From: a bacterium | GTDB taxonomy: Bacteria; UBA8248; JACPRG01; G963555815 | Assembly: GCA_965261595.1 (NCBI GenBank) | Contig: CBDHDG010000007.1 | Location: forward strand, 128,001 to 192,000 | Length of the DNA stretch: 64,000 nt | Direction: 5' to 3' | Part shown: piece after piece, positions 21,695 to 31,526 of the stretch | Numbering within the stretch: the stretch's first letter is position 1 | Layout of the letters: each line of letters begins with the position of its first letter | Made by a program: the position numbers and the translations under genes | Notes under the pieces: model-generated | What the model was told of the DNA's origin: nothing | The model's database searches: none | Seen by the model: the letters and a program-made list of their open reading frames with translations, nothing else

Positions 21695-22453
21695 TTGCCG
21701 AGCGTCATCGAATATCGAAACCTCCGGAAGGTCTACAACCCGGACAGCGGCGAGGTCGTTGCCCTGGAGGAGGTCAGCCTCGAAGTGGGGGACGGGGAGC
21801 TCCTCACCGTCATCGGCCGGAGCGGGTGCGGAAAGACCACGCTTCTCAAGCTGACAGCCGGCCTGCTGGCGCCGACGGCGGGGACGGTTCATGTGGCGGG
21901 GGCGCCGGTCCTCGGCCCCCTGACCAACGTGGGGATTGTCTTCCAGGCCCCGGTGCTGCTCGACTGGCGGAAGACCCTCGACAATGTCCTGCTGCAAATC
22001 GAGGCCCGCAAGCTCAACGTCGAGGAATACCGTGAAAAGGCCCTCAAGCTTCTGGATCTCGTCGGCCTCAAGGGCTTCGAGGACAAGTACCCCAGCGAGC
22101 TTTCGGGCGGGATGCAGCAGCGCGCCTCGATCACCCGGGCGCTCATCCATGACCCGCCCCTGCTCCTGATGGATGAGCCTTTCGGGGCGCTGGACGCCAT
22201 CACGCGGGACGAGATGAACCTGGAGCTGCTGCGCATCTGGCGGGAGGCCCGGAAAACCATCCTGTTCATCACCCACAGCATTCCCGAGGCTGTGTTTCTG
22301 GGGGATCGGGTGATCGTGATGACGCCGCGACCCGGCCGGATTGCGGAGATCATTCCCATCGATCTCCCCCGTCCCCGGAAAACAGCCCTGCGGGATGAGC
22401 CGAAGTTCATCAAATACGTCAAACACATCCGCGGAAGCCTGGGCGTGGCGTAG
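21695..22453 (+). CDS. NitT/TauT ABC transporter ATPase
   Basis: GRSGCGKT, LSGGMQQR, LLMDEPFGALD. Confidence 0.95.
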   Translation: MPSVIEYRNLRKVYNPDSGEVVALEEVSLEVGDGELLTVIGRSGCGKTTLLKLTAGLLAPTAGTVHVAGAPVLGPLTNVGIVFQAPVLLDWRKTLDNVLLQIEARKLNVEEYREKALKLLDLVGLKGFEDKYPSELSGGMQQRASITRALIHDPPLLLMDEPFGALDAITRDEMNLELLRIWREARKTILFITHSIPEAVFLGDRVIVMTPRPGRIAEIIPIDLPRPRKTALRDEPKFIKYVKHIRGSLGVA

Positions 22454-22663
22454 CCTTTGCGTCCTGGCTCCCGAACCAATCGACCCAAGGGGCGGCGCGG
22501 GAGAAGAGGCGGTCCCAGCCGGTTTTCGATTCCGCATGGAATCCGCGCGGAAGCTCCGCGTCAACCAACCCATGTCGACTCGATGCGCCGGGATCTTCCA
22601 CCGGCAGGGTTCGCGTCCGAGAGCGAAACCCCCCGGATCCAAGATTCCGGTGGAAACTCCGAC

Positions 22664-23266
22664 TCAGTACTTTCTCAAGATTCCCACCACGATGCCCTGA
22701 ATCTTGAACTCGCCGTCCCGGACGATGATGGGCTCCATCGTGGGGTTGGCGGGTTGCAGGCGCACATGGCCGTTCTCGCGGTAATAACGCTTGAGGGTCG
22801 CCTCGTTTCCATCCAGGAGGGCGACGACGGTTTCTCCGTTGTTGGCGGTTTTGCGCTCTTCGATGATGACGAAGTCGCCGTCCTCGATGTGGTCGTCGAT
22901 CATCGACTGGCCCTTCACCTGGAGGACGTAAAGATTTCTGGCCCCGGCCTCCGTCCACGGGAGGGCGATGGTGGTCGGATCCAGGACGGCTTCCAGGGGG
23001 GTCCCGGCGGCGATGTAGCCCATCAGGGGCAGCTCCCGCACAGGCTCCGGCTCCCTCCCCTCCAGGACCTCGATGGAACGGCTGCGGTTCCAGCCCCGCT
23101 TCATGAGTCCCTTCTCGATGAGGTTGAGGATGTGCTTGTGCACTGTGGCGGGGGAGGCCAACCCGAAGCCCGCCCCGATCTCCTCCAGGCTCGGAGAATA
23201 ACCTTTTTCCTCGATGAACTCTTTCACAAAATCCAGTATCTGGCGTTGTCGTTTTGTCAGGTACAT
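22664..23266 (-). CDS. lexA: SOS repressor LexA
   Basis: N-terminal wHTH LTKRQRQIL..PSLEEI; AAG cleavage site, GQSM catalytic Ser, TLK catalytic Lys. Confidence 0.96.
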   Translation of the reverse strand: MYLTKRQRQILDFVKEFIEEKGYSPSLEEIGAGFGLASPATVHKHILNLIEKGLMKRGWNRSRSIEVLEGREPEPVRELPLMGYIAAGTPLEAVLDPTTIALPWTEAGARNLYVLQVKGQSMIDDHIEDGDFVIIEERKTANNGETVVALLDGNEATLKRYYRENGHVRLQPANPTMEPIIVRDGEFKIQGIVVGILRKY

Positions 23267-23400
23267 CGTTCAATCCTCTCTTTCGGTAAAACCCGAACCG
23301 CTTTGAAAATCCAACGACGGCCATCCATCCAGCGACTTTTTTTCAGCTTGTCCCCATCTTCGCTCAATATACGACGAAATGGCCACGAAAGTAAAGCCCC

Positions 23401-23453
23401 AAAAAAAATCCCCGGCGAAGGAATCGAGAAGTCCGCGCCTTGCCGGGGATTTT
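23401..23453 (-). terminator. Intrinsic terminator (possibly bidirectional)
   Basis: AAAATCCCCGGC(G)AAGG...CCTTGCCGGGGATTTT stem; A8 on + gives a U-tract on -. Confidence 0.75.
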
Positions 23454-23510
23454 CGGTGGTGCCGACGAGATTAGCCTGGGCGCCTGCCCGGCCAACACCA
23501 GGTCAGGTCG

Positions 23511-23555
23511 TCAGACCTCGGCCACCTCGCGATCACTACATGAAGATTTCTTCAA
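23511..23555 (-). CDS. Candidate 14-aa small ORF MKKSSCSDREVAEV within a short transcript
   Basis: TTG start 2 nt after AAAGGAGGTGATC; own promoter and terminator; not in the ORF track. Confidence 0.5.
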   Translation of the reverse strand: MKKSSCSDREVAEV

Positions 23556-23584
23556 ATGATCACCTCCTTTCCCGCGTTACCGGA

Positions 23585-23614
23585 AACTTAAGGGGTGCGG
23601 ACCCGTTCTGTCAA
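23585..23614 (-). promoter_or_regulatory. Sigma70 promoter driving the small transcript
   Basis: Minus strand TTGACA (23609-23614)-18 bp-TAAGTT (23585-23590). Confidence 0.6.
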
Positions 23615-23814
23615 GCCTAAATATGGAAACGTCCAGATGCTTGAGAAAACTATTCGCTTTGAAATCAGATAGATCGCATTAAAAACTTAGAGCCCCTCTT
23701 GACCTTTTACATGAGCCTTTGTTACCTTTCAGACGAAGATGGTTTGTTTCTTGCTGTTCGTAGTACGGAGAACGCATGTACGATCGCCGCTCGGATGATT
23801 CTCAGAGGGGAAAA

Positions 23815-25839
23815 ATGAATCCCATGCGACTCCGATCAAAGAGGGCGCTCCTGTCCTTCTTCGCGCTGTTTTTCTTTTTCATGTTGGGGCGTCCGAGCCT
23901 CGCGCATGAGCCTTTCCAAACCCCCAAGGGGCTGGAAAGCAGCGTCGATTTCTGGATCAAGGTGTTCACGCGGTACAAACGAAATCAGGCCGTCGTTCAT
24001 GACACGGAAGATCCAAGCCTGATCTACGATGTCGTCAACCTGGACGGCGCCGGAGGCCCAAGCAGCTCCCGCGTACGGTGGCGGAGGGCCAGACGCGCCC
24101 GGGAGCGTTATGCCCGCCTGTTCCGCGCTTGGTCCGTTTCCCCTCCCCGGCCGCGGGACCTGTCGCGGAAGGAACGCCGGATCATCCGGGCCCTCCGGAA
24201 GCGCCGATACAATTTATCCAAAGCGTCCCGAAACGTTCGCGCCCAGCAGGGTGTGCAGGAAAAGTTCCGCGATGGGATCATCCGATCCGGGCGCTATCTC
24301 AGCCGTATGCGGCGCGTTTTTCTCGACTATGGTCTTCCGCCGGACTTGACGTATCTTCCCCACGTCGAATCCTCTTTCAACTACGAGGCCTATTCCAAAT
24401 TCGGGGCGTCGGGGGTCTGGCAGTTCACCCGGTCGACGGGGCGGCTTTTCCTGAAGATCAACTACGATATCGATGAGCGCCGGGACCCCATGCTCGCCAC
24501 GCACGCGGCGGCCAAGCTCCTGCGCCGGAACCACAAAGAGCTTGGAACCTGGCCCCTGGCGGTCACGGCCTATAACCACGGACGCGCGGGGATGGCGCGC
24601 GCGGTCCGCCTCCACCAAACCCGACACCTCCCGACATTGATCCGGAAATACAGGAGCCGGACGTTCAAGTTCGCGTCGAAAAACTTCTACGCCGAATTTC
24701 TGGCGGCGCGAATCGTCGCCAAGAACGCGCGGCGGTACTTCGGGCCCCTGCGGGAGAGAAAACACTCGCGGGATCGGGTCTTCCGGCTCCCGGCCTACGT
24801 TTCCGTGGAGACGCTGACCAAAATTTCACCCGTCACCCTTGAGGAGATCCAACGTTATAATCCGGCGCTCAGGGGTCCGGTTCTTCGGGGAGAGCGCCGA
24901 ATCCCGAAGGGTTATCTTCTGCGTTTGCCCGCGCGGAAAACGAAGGACTTCCGCCGGCGCTACGCCTCCATGTCCGCCTCGCTCAAGCACGCCGATCAAA
25001 AACGCATTCGGTGGTATCGCGTCAGGCGGGGAGAGACCCTCGGGGCGATTGCCCGGCGTTTTCGCATGTCGGTTCGGACGCTGGCGTCCGTCAACAACAT
25101 CCGAAACACCTCCCGGGTCCGCGCGGGCATGATCATCTCGATTCCGGGCTCGCGGCGGACCGCCGCCGCCAGGCCGGCTCAACGGAAACGCCGGATAACG
25201 AACGCCCGGCTCCGGGCCGCCGCCGCACCGGCCGTGAAACGGCCCGAGGCCAAACCCGCGCGGGCCGTCAAAGCCCTTGAGCCCGCGCCCCGGGTGATCA
25301 GCCCGGCCGTCTCATCGCGGTCCGCCCGGACGAACGGGACGGAGAATGGGAATCAGACGCGGCCGGAGTGGAGGGAAAGGGATCTCTCCCCGGTCCACGT
25401 AACCGGTAAGTCCGGCAAGCAAGGCTGGACGCGCGTGGAGGCGGAGGAAACCCTGAGCCATTTCGCCAAATGGCTGGATGCCTCGAAGCGCGTCCTGCGC
25501 CGGCTGAACCGGATGGGGCGAAAGCAATCCATCCGGATGGGGCAAAAGCTGAAACTCACGTTCCGCAGGGTCAACCCGGAGGAATTCGAACAAAGCCGGC
25601 TGGAGTATCACAAGAGCCTGGAGGATGATTTCTTCGAGACCTACCGGATTGTCAGGACCTTCCACCACACCATTCGGAAGGGGGAGAGCCTTTGGGGCCT
25701 CGCCCGCGAAGTTTATGAAGTTCCATTCTGGATCATGGCCCACTATAATCCGGGGTTATTCAACTCGAGCGTGGCCGTAGGGGTCAAGGTCACGTTTCCC
25801 GTGGTGGTTCCCAAAGGGCGAAAGACATCCGGAAACTGA
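23815..25839 (+). CDS. MltD-like lytic murein transglycosylase with LysM domains
   Basis: LPHVESSF catalytic Glu, GASGVWQF, TAYNHG; LysM YRVRRGETL and HTIRKGESLW; start 23776 or 23815. Confidence 0.9.
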   Translation: MNPMRLRSKRALLSFFALFFFFMLGRPSLAHEPFQTPKGLESSVDFWIKVFTRYKRNQAVVHDTEDPSLIYDVVNLDGAGGPSSSRVRWRRARRARERYARLFRAWSVSPPRPRDLSRKERRIIRALRKRRYNLSKASRNVRAQQGVQEKFRDGIIRSGRYLSRMRRVFLDYGLPPDLTYLPHVESSFNYEAYSKFGASGVWQFTRSTGRLFLKINYDIDERRDPMLATHAAAKLLRRNHKELGTWPLAVTAYNHGRAGMARAVRLHQTRHLPTLIRKYRSRTFKFASKNFYAEFLAARIVAKNARRYFGPLRERKHSRDRVFRLPAYVSVETLTKISPVTLEEIQRYNPALRGPVLRGERRIPKGYLLRLPARKTKDFRRRYASMSASLKHADQKRIRWYRVRRGETLGAIARRFRMSVRTLASVNNIRNTSRVRAGMIISIPGSRRTAAARPAQRKRRITNARLRAAAAPAVKRPEAKPARAVKALEPAPRVISPAVSSRSARTNGTENGNQTRPEWRERDLSPVHVTGKSGKQGWTRVEAEETLSHFAKWLDASKRVLRRLNRMGRKQSIRMGQKLKLTFRRVNPEEFEQSRLEYHKSLEDDFFETYRIVRTFHHTIRKGESLWGLAREVYEVPFWIMAHYNPGLFNSSVAVGVKVTFPVVVPKGRKTSGN

Positions 25840-25919
25840 GCGCAGCGCACTCCTGATTTCGGGATGACCTCGTTCCCAGGGAAAGGTTCCGGGGGCAGCG
25901 GCCCTCCGCCGGAGGAGTC

Positions 25920-27020
25920 ATGGACGTTACGATTGGAAAGGCTGAATTTCAAAAAGCGCTTTCCCGTGTGCAGGGGATCGCCGAAAGCCGGAGCAGCGCC
26001 ATGCCGATCCTCCAGCACATCCTGCTGGAGACCGAAGAGGGCGGCGTTCGAATATCGGCCACGGACCTGGACATCAGCCTGCGGGCCGGCTACGAAGCGA
26101 GCGTCAAAACCCCGGGCCGCGTCACCCTCCCCGCACGCAAGCTTTTCGACGTCGTCCGGGAGCTCCCGGATTCGGACGTCCACCTGGAAGCGGAAGAAGG
26201 GCAGTGGGTCCGGCTGACGTGCGCCCGCTCGAATTTCCGATTCCCCGGTCTCGAGACGGACGATTTTCCGAACATCCCCGCGTTCGGCGATGGGCCTTCT
26301 TTCCCCCTGCCGGCGTCGGATTTGGTGGGGATGATCCGCAAGACCCAGTTCGCGATCTCCACCGACGAGACGCGCACCGCCCTCAACGGCATCTATCTCG
26401 AGTCCAAGAGCGGAACCCTGAACCTCGTGGCCACCGACGGGCATCGGCTGGCCTGGGTTTCCCGGCCTGTCGAGACCTTGACCGAAGACATGGGCATCAT
26501 CATCCACCGAAAAGCCATCCAGGAACTTCTCAAAATCGTCTCGGATGGAGACAAGAGCGTCCAGTTCCAGCGTCAGGACAACCACGTCCTGTTTCAGATC
26601 GACTCCGTGACGCTCGTTTCCCGGCTCATCGAAGGCCAATTCCCCAACTACCAGCAGGTCGTCCCCATGGGAAACGACCAGCGGGCGACCGTCTCCCTCG
26701 AAGCGCTCGGAGGGGGACTGAGGCGGGTCTCCCTGATGGCCAACGAAAAGTCCAGGATGGTCAAGCTTCGCTTTAAAGAGGGCATTCTCTCCTTGTTCAG
26801 CGATACCTCCGAGGTGGGAGAAGCCAGCGAGGAGATCGAAATCGACTACGGAGGGCCCGAGATTCTGATCGGCTTCAATTCCCGCTACATCTTGGATTTC
26901 CTCTCCGTCGTCGAGGACGATACGCTGCGGATCGATCTCAAGGATTCATTGAGCTCCATGCTCCTGGCGCCCCGTGAAGACAAAAACTACTACTGCGTCG
27001 TCATGCCCATGAGGGTCTGA
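25920..27020 (+). CDS. dnaN: DNA polymerase III beta sliding clamp
   Basis: SATDLD, FAISTDETR, VATDGHRL, SRLIEGQFPNY, C-terminal VMPMRV. Confidence 0.96.
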   Translation: MDVTIGKAEFQKALSRVQGIAESRSSAMPILQHILLETEEGGVRISATDLDISLRAGYEASVKTPGRVTLPARKLFDVVRELPDSDVHLEAEEGQWVRLTCARSNFRFPGLETDDFPNIPAFGDGPSFPLPASDLVGMIRKTQFAISTDETRTALNGIYLESKSGTLNLVATDGHRLAWVSRPVETLTEDMGIIIHRKAIQELLKIVSDGDKSVQFQRQDNHVLFQIDSVTLVSRLIEGQFPNYQQVVPMGNDQRATVSLEALGGGLRRVSLMANEKSRMVKLRFKEGILSLFSDTSEVGEASEEIEIDYGGPEILIGFNSRYILDFLSVVEDDTLRIDLKDSLSSMLLAPREDKNYYCVVMPMRV

Positions 27021-27229
27021 GAGCGCCATCCGGCGGCCGGAGATCCTATTCCGGCGACGGGGGCCGCCCCGGGGGCCGGGACTTCCGTCCGGCCGTCCGA
27101 AAGCCGCGTCTCGGGGGTCCCCCCGTCAGGCGCTGCTCGCGGATCCCCCTCTTGGGCGTCCCCGAAGGGAAGCGCGCCTCCTGAATCCCGACGGCTGAAT
27201 CTTTCCCGAATTACACAAGCGAGACAAGC

Positions 27230-28537
27230 TTGAGCGAACCACGCCCCGCTTCGCCGAAGTCGGGATTTTTCTATGGTTGGTTCGTTGTGGGGATCTCCTT
27301 CCTCACACTGGCCGTGGGGGGGTCCTCCAACGGGTCCTTCTCCGTCTTCTACGTGGCCATCCTGGAAGAGTTCAACTGGAGCCGGGCCGATACGGCCGGG
27401 GCTTTTTCCCTCAGCATGCTGATCTTCGGCGCTTGCAGCCCGCTGGTCGGATGGCTGTTGGACCGATTCGGCGCGCGCAGGGTGATGCCGTTCGGCGTCA
27501 TCGTTCTCTCGGCGGGGCTGTTGGTTTCGAGTCTCGTTTCCTCCCTGTGGCAGCTCTACATTTTCTACGGCGTCCTGGTGGCCGTGGGCGTCACGCACAT
27601 CGGCTTCATCCCCAATGTCATCATCATCTGCAACTGGTTTTTCCGCCACCGGGCCCTCGCGCTCGGAATCGCCAACGCCGGCCGCGGCGTCGGGGCGCTG
27701 ATCCTCATCCCCCTGATCCAGTACGGCATTCAGACGGTGGGGTGGCGAAACACCTACATCCTCTTGGGAACCTTCGTCTTCATCCTTCTCTTTCCTTTCC
27801 TCGCCATCTTTTTGCGCGGACGCCCCGAGGACAAGGGCCTGAGACGGCTGGGCGATCCGGAGGACGCCTCCCGGGAAGGCGAGCCGGCCCGGGAGGCGCC
27901 GCGCGGCCCCTCCTTGCGGGATGCGATGCGTTCTTACCGATTCTGGGCGTTGGCCGTCGTCGGGATCATCAACGGGCTGGCGTTCTCCGGCCTACTGGTG
28001 CATGTGGTCGCCTACATCGGCGACGTAGGCTACCCGACGCTGTTCGCCGCCACCATCTTCGGCCTGTCCGCGGTCTTCCGCTCCGGGGGCGGGATTATCG
28101 GCGGACACACCTCGGACCGGATCGGCCGCGAGTCGGCCTTCGCCCTCTTCAGTCTCCTGACCTTTTCCGGCACGGTGGCCCTGATTTTCGCCCGGCCAGA
28201 AGCGCCCTGGATCATTTACGCCTTCGCGATCCTTCACGGCCTGGGATCGGGGGCCACGGGGACGATCAACTCTTCGCTCAAAGCGGATATATTTCAGGGC
28301 CGAAGTTTCGGTCTGATCTTCGGCTTCAATCAGGCGGCCACCGGGATCGGGGCCGCCCTGGGACCGTGGCTGATGGGCCTCGTTTACGACCGGATGGGGA
28401 CCTACGTCCCCGCGCTCCAGGCCATGCTCCTGATCTACGTCCTGACGGTCGTGGGAATCTGGATCGTGGCCCCGCGGAAAGTCCGCCCCATCGGCCGCAG
28501 GGCCAAAGAGACCTTTATCGAAACCCGGACGCCCTGA
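27230..28537 (+). CDS. MFS transporter (OFA/MCT-like)
   Basis: FFYGWFVV, GWLLDRFGAR motif A, SDRIGR, about 12 hydrophobic segments. Confidence 0.92.
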   Translation: MSEPRPASPKSGFFYGWFVVGISFLTLAVGGSSNGSFSVFYVAILEEFNWSRADTAGAFSLSMLIFGACSPLVGWLLDRFGARRVMPFGVIVLSAGLLVSSLVSSLWQLYIFYGVLVAVGVTHIGFIPNVIIICNWFFRHRALALGIANAGRGVGALILIPLIQYGIQTVGWRNTYILLGTFVFILLFPFLAIFLRGRPEDKGLRRLGDPEDASREGEPAREAPRGPSLRDAMRSYRFWALAVVGIINGLAFSGLLVHVVAYIGDVGYPTLFAATIFGLSAVFRSGGGIIGGHTSDRIGRESAFALFSLLTFSGTVALIFARPEAPWIIYAFAILHGLGSGATGTINSSLKADIFQGRSFGLIFGFNQAATGIGAALGPWLMGLVYDRMGTYVPALQAMLLIYVLTVVGIWIVAPRKVRPIGRRAKETFIETRTP

Positions 28538-28637
28538 GTCGGGGTCCTCTCAAAAGAGACAGGGTCTGAGATGATCGGAACGTGGATCAACGTCGCGCCG
28601 GCTCCGGCGTCCCTGTTCTCATCCGAAGAATCTTCTC

Positions 28638-29348
28638 ATGCGGATTCCGGCAAACGCCATCGAAGGGATTTTCGTCCGGCGCGTGAACCGCTTCCGGGAG
28701 GAGGTCCGGATCGGGCGCGGAAACTTGGCTGTCCATGTGGCGCACTCGGGGAGACTGGGGGAGCTGCTCGTCCCCGGAGGCCGGGCACTCCTCGTCCCGG
28801 CCGCGGGCGCGCATCGGAAGACCTCCCACGACTTGCTCCTGGCGGGCCGGCCCGACGGCCGGGGGTGGGTCTGCGTGGACGCGCGGGTTCCGAACAAGCT
28901 GGTGAAGGAAGCCCTCGAAGCGGGCCGCCTGCCGGGATTCGAGGGTTTTTCGCGGATATCGCCGGAGCCCCGCGTGCCGGGAGGACGGCTGGATTTCTGT
29001 CTGACGGGTGAAGGCGTCCGGCCGTGTTGGGTCGAGACAAAGTGCGTCACGCTTGTCGAGGAAGGGGTCGCGAGATTTCCCGACGCCCCGACGGTTCGCG
29101 GCGCTCGACACCTGCGGCGCCTGATCGCGCTCGCCCGGGCGGGCGACCGATCGGCCGTCCTGTTCATCATCCTACGATCGGACACAAAATCCTTTTCGCC
29201 CAACGAAAAGAACGACCCGCTTTTCGCCGAAACCCTCCGCGAAGCCATCTCCGCCGGCGTGACGGCAAGGGCGCTGAAATGCGACGTCAACAAAGAGAGA
29301 ATCCGGATCCACGGTGAGATCCCGATGGGGATCGCGCCGCTCCCGTGA
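28638..29348 (+). CDS. sfsA: DNA/RNA nuclease SfsA
   Basis: RRVNRF, HSGRLGELL, RLDF, VETKCVTL, FPDAPTVRGARHL. Confidence 0.92.
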   Translation: MRIPANAIEGIFVRRVNRFREEVRIGRGNLAVHVAHSGRLGELLVPGGRALLVPAAGAHRKTSHDLLLAGRPDGRGWVCVDARVPNKLVKEALEAGRLPGFEGFSRISPEPRVPGGRLDFCLTGEGVRPCWVETKCVTLVEEGVARFPDAPTVRGARHLRRLIALARAGDRSAVLFIILRSDTKSFSPNEKNDPLFAETLREAISAGVTARALKCDVNKERIRIHGEIPMGIAPLP

Positions 29349-29354
29349 TGACCC

Positions 29355-30347
29355 TCAGACCTTAAAAGCCTCCCGCGTATTCGGGGGAAAAAGCTCCTCG
29401 ACGAGAACATCCCGCTCGGCCAGGTCCTGTTCCATCGAGAAGCGCAGGAGGGCTTCGAGCGTCTTGCGATTTTCCTCCACGCCGTAGGGCCAGAGGTCTT
29501 TGCCCAGAACCGCCTCTTCCTCTTCGATCTCCGTCAGCAGCCAGGGCAGCGTGTACCGGATGGCCTGGGTGTCACGGAGCCACGCCTCAGCCATGGTCTT
29601 GGCCTCGCAGAACGCCTTGAAGAGGTTCTGCGTGATCCAGGGGTGCTCCCGGACAATCTCCTCTTTGATGACGACGGTGTGCATGATGGGGAAGACCCCT
29701 GTCCGCCGGTAATAGTCCATTTCGACCCGCTTGTGGTCCTTGAAGAGCCGCCGGACGTTGGGCGATCCCTCGCGGAAGCAGCGGGGAATGCGGGAGGTGA
29801 ACAGGGCGTCGATCCCCCCCTCGTCCAACTCCTCGCTGAGGGTCCGGCCGTCCGGGATGAGGGACAGCTTGACGCCCTCCGGTAGGCCGATGTCGATGCG
29901 CTCCTTCCGTCCCGGATTCTCCAGGCCGCCCACGCGAAACTCCACGTCCTCGGGCCGGACGCCGTAATCTTCCTGGAAGATCCCCTTGAGCCAGACGATG
30001 GCGGTCATGGCCCACTCCGGGATGCCGACGCGCTTGCCCTTGAGGTCCTCGGGCCGCTCGATGCCCGAATGGACGTTGATGAAGACGAAGGCGTGGCGGA
30101 ACATCCGGGACGGGAAGACGGGGATGGCGATGAAGGGCGGGTTGGGCCGGGTCCTGTAGAGCAGATAAGCCGACAGGCTCATCTCCGAGGCGTCGAACTC
30201 CTCGAACTGACACATCCGCCAGAAGATCTCTTCCACGGGGAGGGCGAGGTAGTTGAGGTCCACGCCGTCCACCCGGACGGTCCCGTCGCGCAAGGGGCGG
30301 GTGCGGTCGTAATCCCAACAAGCCAGCGTCAACGGAACCCGCGACAT
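29355..30347 (-). CDS. 4,5-dihydroxyphthalate decarboxylase (PhtD)-like / periplasmic-binding-fold protein
   Basis: LTLACWDYDRTRPL, FDASEMSLS, PVFPSRMFRH, FPIMHTVVI, WPYGVEENR. Confidence 0.85.
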   Translation of the reverse strand: MSRVPLTLACWDYDRTRPLRDGTVRVDGVDLNYLALPVEEIFWRMCQFEEFDASEMSLSAYLLYRTRPNPPFIAIPVFPSRMFRHAFVFINVHSGIERPEDLKGKRVGIPEWAMTAIVWLKGIFQEDYGVRPEDVEFRVGGLENPGRKERIDIGLPEGVKLSLIPDGRTLSEELDEGGIDALFTSRIPRCFREGSPNVRRLFKDHKRVEMDYYRRTGVFPIMHTVVIKEEIVREHPWITQNLFKAFCEAKTMAEAWLRDTQAIRYTLPWLLTEIEEEEAVLGKDLWPYGVEENRKTLEALLRFSMEQDLAERDVLVEELFPPNTREAFKV

Positions 30348-30379
30348 GGGAAAACCTCTAGATGATTAGAGAAAAGGAA

Positions 30380-30700
30380 AAACCTTGGGGGGACATTTTG
30401 AAAACGTCACCCGGTGGGGTGTGTCCCCCCAATCCCCCCTCGAAAACTTTCGTTTCTTGCGATAGAGGCAAGCGCCTTACGGCGCTTGCCTCTATCGCAA
30501 GAAACTGGCACATTGGCCGGATGCTGCGGCTTGCGTAGCCAGACGGGCATCCGGCCAAAGAACAAAACCATCAGGAGGCCGAGAACAACCGTCCCAGCCA
30601 ACCCCACCCCAACCCAGCAGGCCAAGCGTCAAGCTTGGCCGTCGAAAGTCCTAAGGGCTAAGGGAGTCTGGGGGGCGTCTTACAAGAAGCCCCCCAGGGT
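30380..30700. repeat. Composite palindromic intergenic repeat, copy A (with inverted end unit at 30380-30450)
   Basis: Shares core GGCACATTGGCCGGATGC...AGCCAGACGGGYATCCGGCCAAA...CCCAGCAGGCC...GGCCGTC with copies B and C; perfect 25-bp hairpin at 30452-30505. Confidence 0.9.
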
Positions 30701-30710
30701 CTTCCCGCCT

Positions 30711-31463
30711 CTACCCGAATACAATTCCGCCATCGACCAGGATCGTCTGGCCGCTGACAAAGTCGCTATCGGCCGAGGAGAGATAGATCACCGTTCCCAC
30801 CACATCTTCCGGGTATTCCGAGCGCTTGATGGCTCGCCGCTCGATGTTGGCCTCAACGACCGCCTTGGGGGCGGCCTGATTCGAGGGGGAGAGGATAAAT
30901 CCGGGCATGACCGCGTTGACGGTGATTCCGTGGGGTCCGAGCTCCCGGGCGACGGCGCGGGTCATCCCGACGACCCCGGCCTTGGAGGTCGAGTAATGGA
31001 GGAAATCGGGGATCCCCGTGTCGACGACGGCGGAGGAGATGTTGACGATCTTCCCGGCGCCTTGCTCCTTCATCCGCCCCCCGAAGGCCCGGGTGGGGAC
31101 ATACGTGCCGGTGATGTTGACGTGGATGACCTTGTTCCACTCTTCCATCGAGATATCGAAGAACGACTGCCTCTTGAGGCCGGCGAAAACGGCCGCGTTG
31201 TTGACGAGGATATCCACGCTTCCGAAGGCGTCCACCGTCTGTTGGACGGCGTCCTCCATGGCGGAAAGGTCCGTGACATCGGCCTGGATGCCGATGGCTT
31301 CCGCCCCCGAGTCGCGGAGTTTCCCGGCGGGTCCCTCGCAATCGAGGATGTCGTTGATGACGATCTTCGCCCCTTCCTTCGCCATGGCCTCGGCGTACAC
31401 CCAGCCGATCCCCTGCGCGGAGCCCGTGATCACAGCCACCTTTCCGTCGAGTCTGCCCGCCAT
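30711..31463 (-). CDS. Short-chain dehydrogenase/reductase (paralog 2)
   Basis: TGSAQGIG, NNAA, YSTSK; 250 aa. Confidence 0.93.
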   Translation of the reverse strand: MAGRLDGKVAVITGSAQGIGWVYAEAMAKEGAKIVINDILDCEGPAGKLRDSGAEAIGIQADVTDLSAMEDAVQQTVDAFGSVDILVNNAAVFAGLKRQSFFDISMEEWNKVIHVNITGTYVPTRAFGGRMKEQGAGKIVNISSAVVDTGIPDFLHYSTSKAGVVGMTRAVARELGPHGITVNAVMPGFILSPSNQAAPKAVVEANIERRAIKRSEYPEDVVGTVIYLSSADSDFVSGQTILVDGGIVFG

Positions 31464-31526
31464 GTGTATACTCCTCTTCTTGCGGGGGGCGGGTGCATGT
31501 CGGTGACCCTCGGGTCGGGTGACCCT

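Noticed and set aside
23460..23513. Selenocysteine read-through of the small ORF's TGA via the adjacent hairpin
   Set aside because: No redox-motif context and the extended frame runs through the terminator; not supportable without homologs
23558..23570. GATCACCTCCTTT as a 16S rRNA 3' fragment
   Set aside because: Flanks do not resemble 16S or ITS; better explained as an extended SD on the minus strand
30358..30625. Short ORFs in the repeat copies (also 31430-31837 and 42032-42383)
   Set aside because: The similar peptides are translations of the DNA repeat; no consistent starts, frames or SD sites
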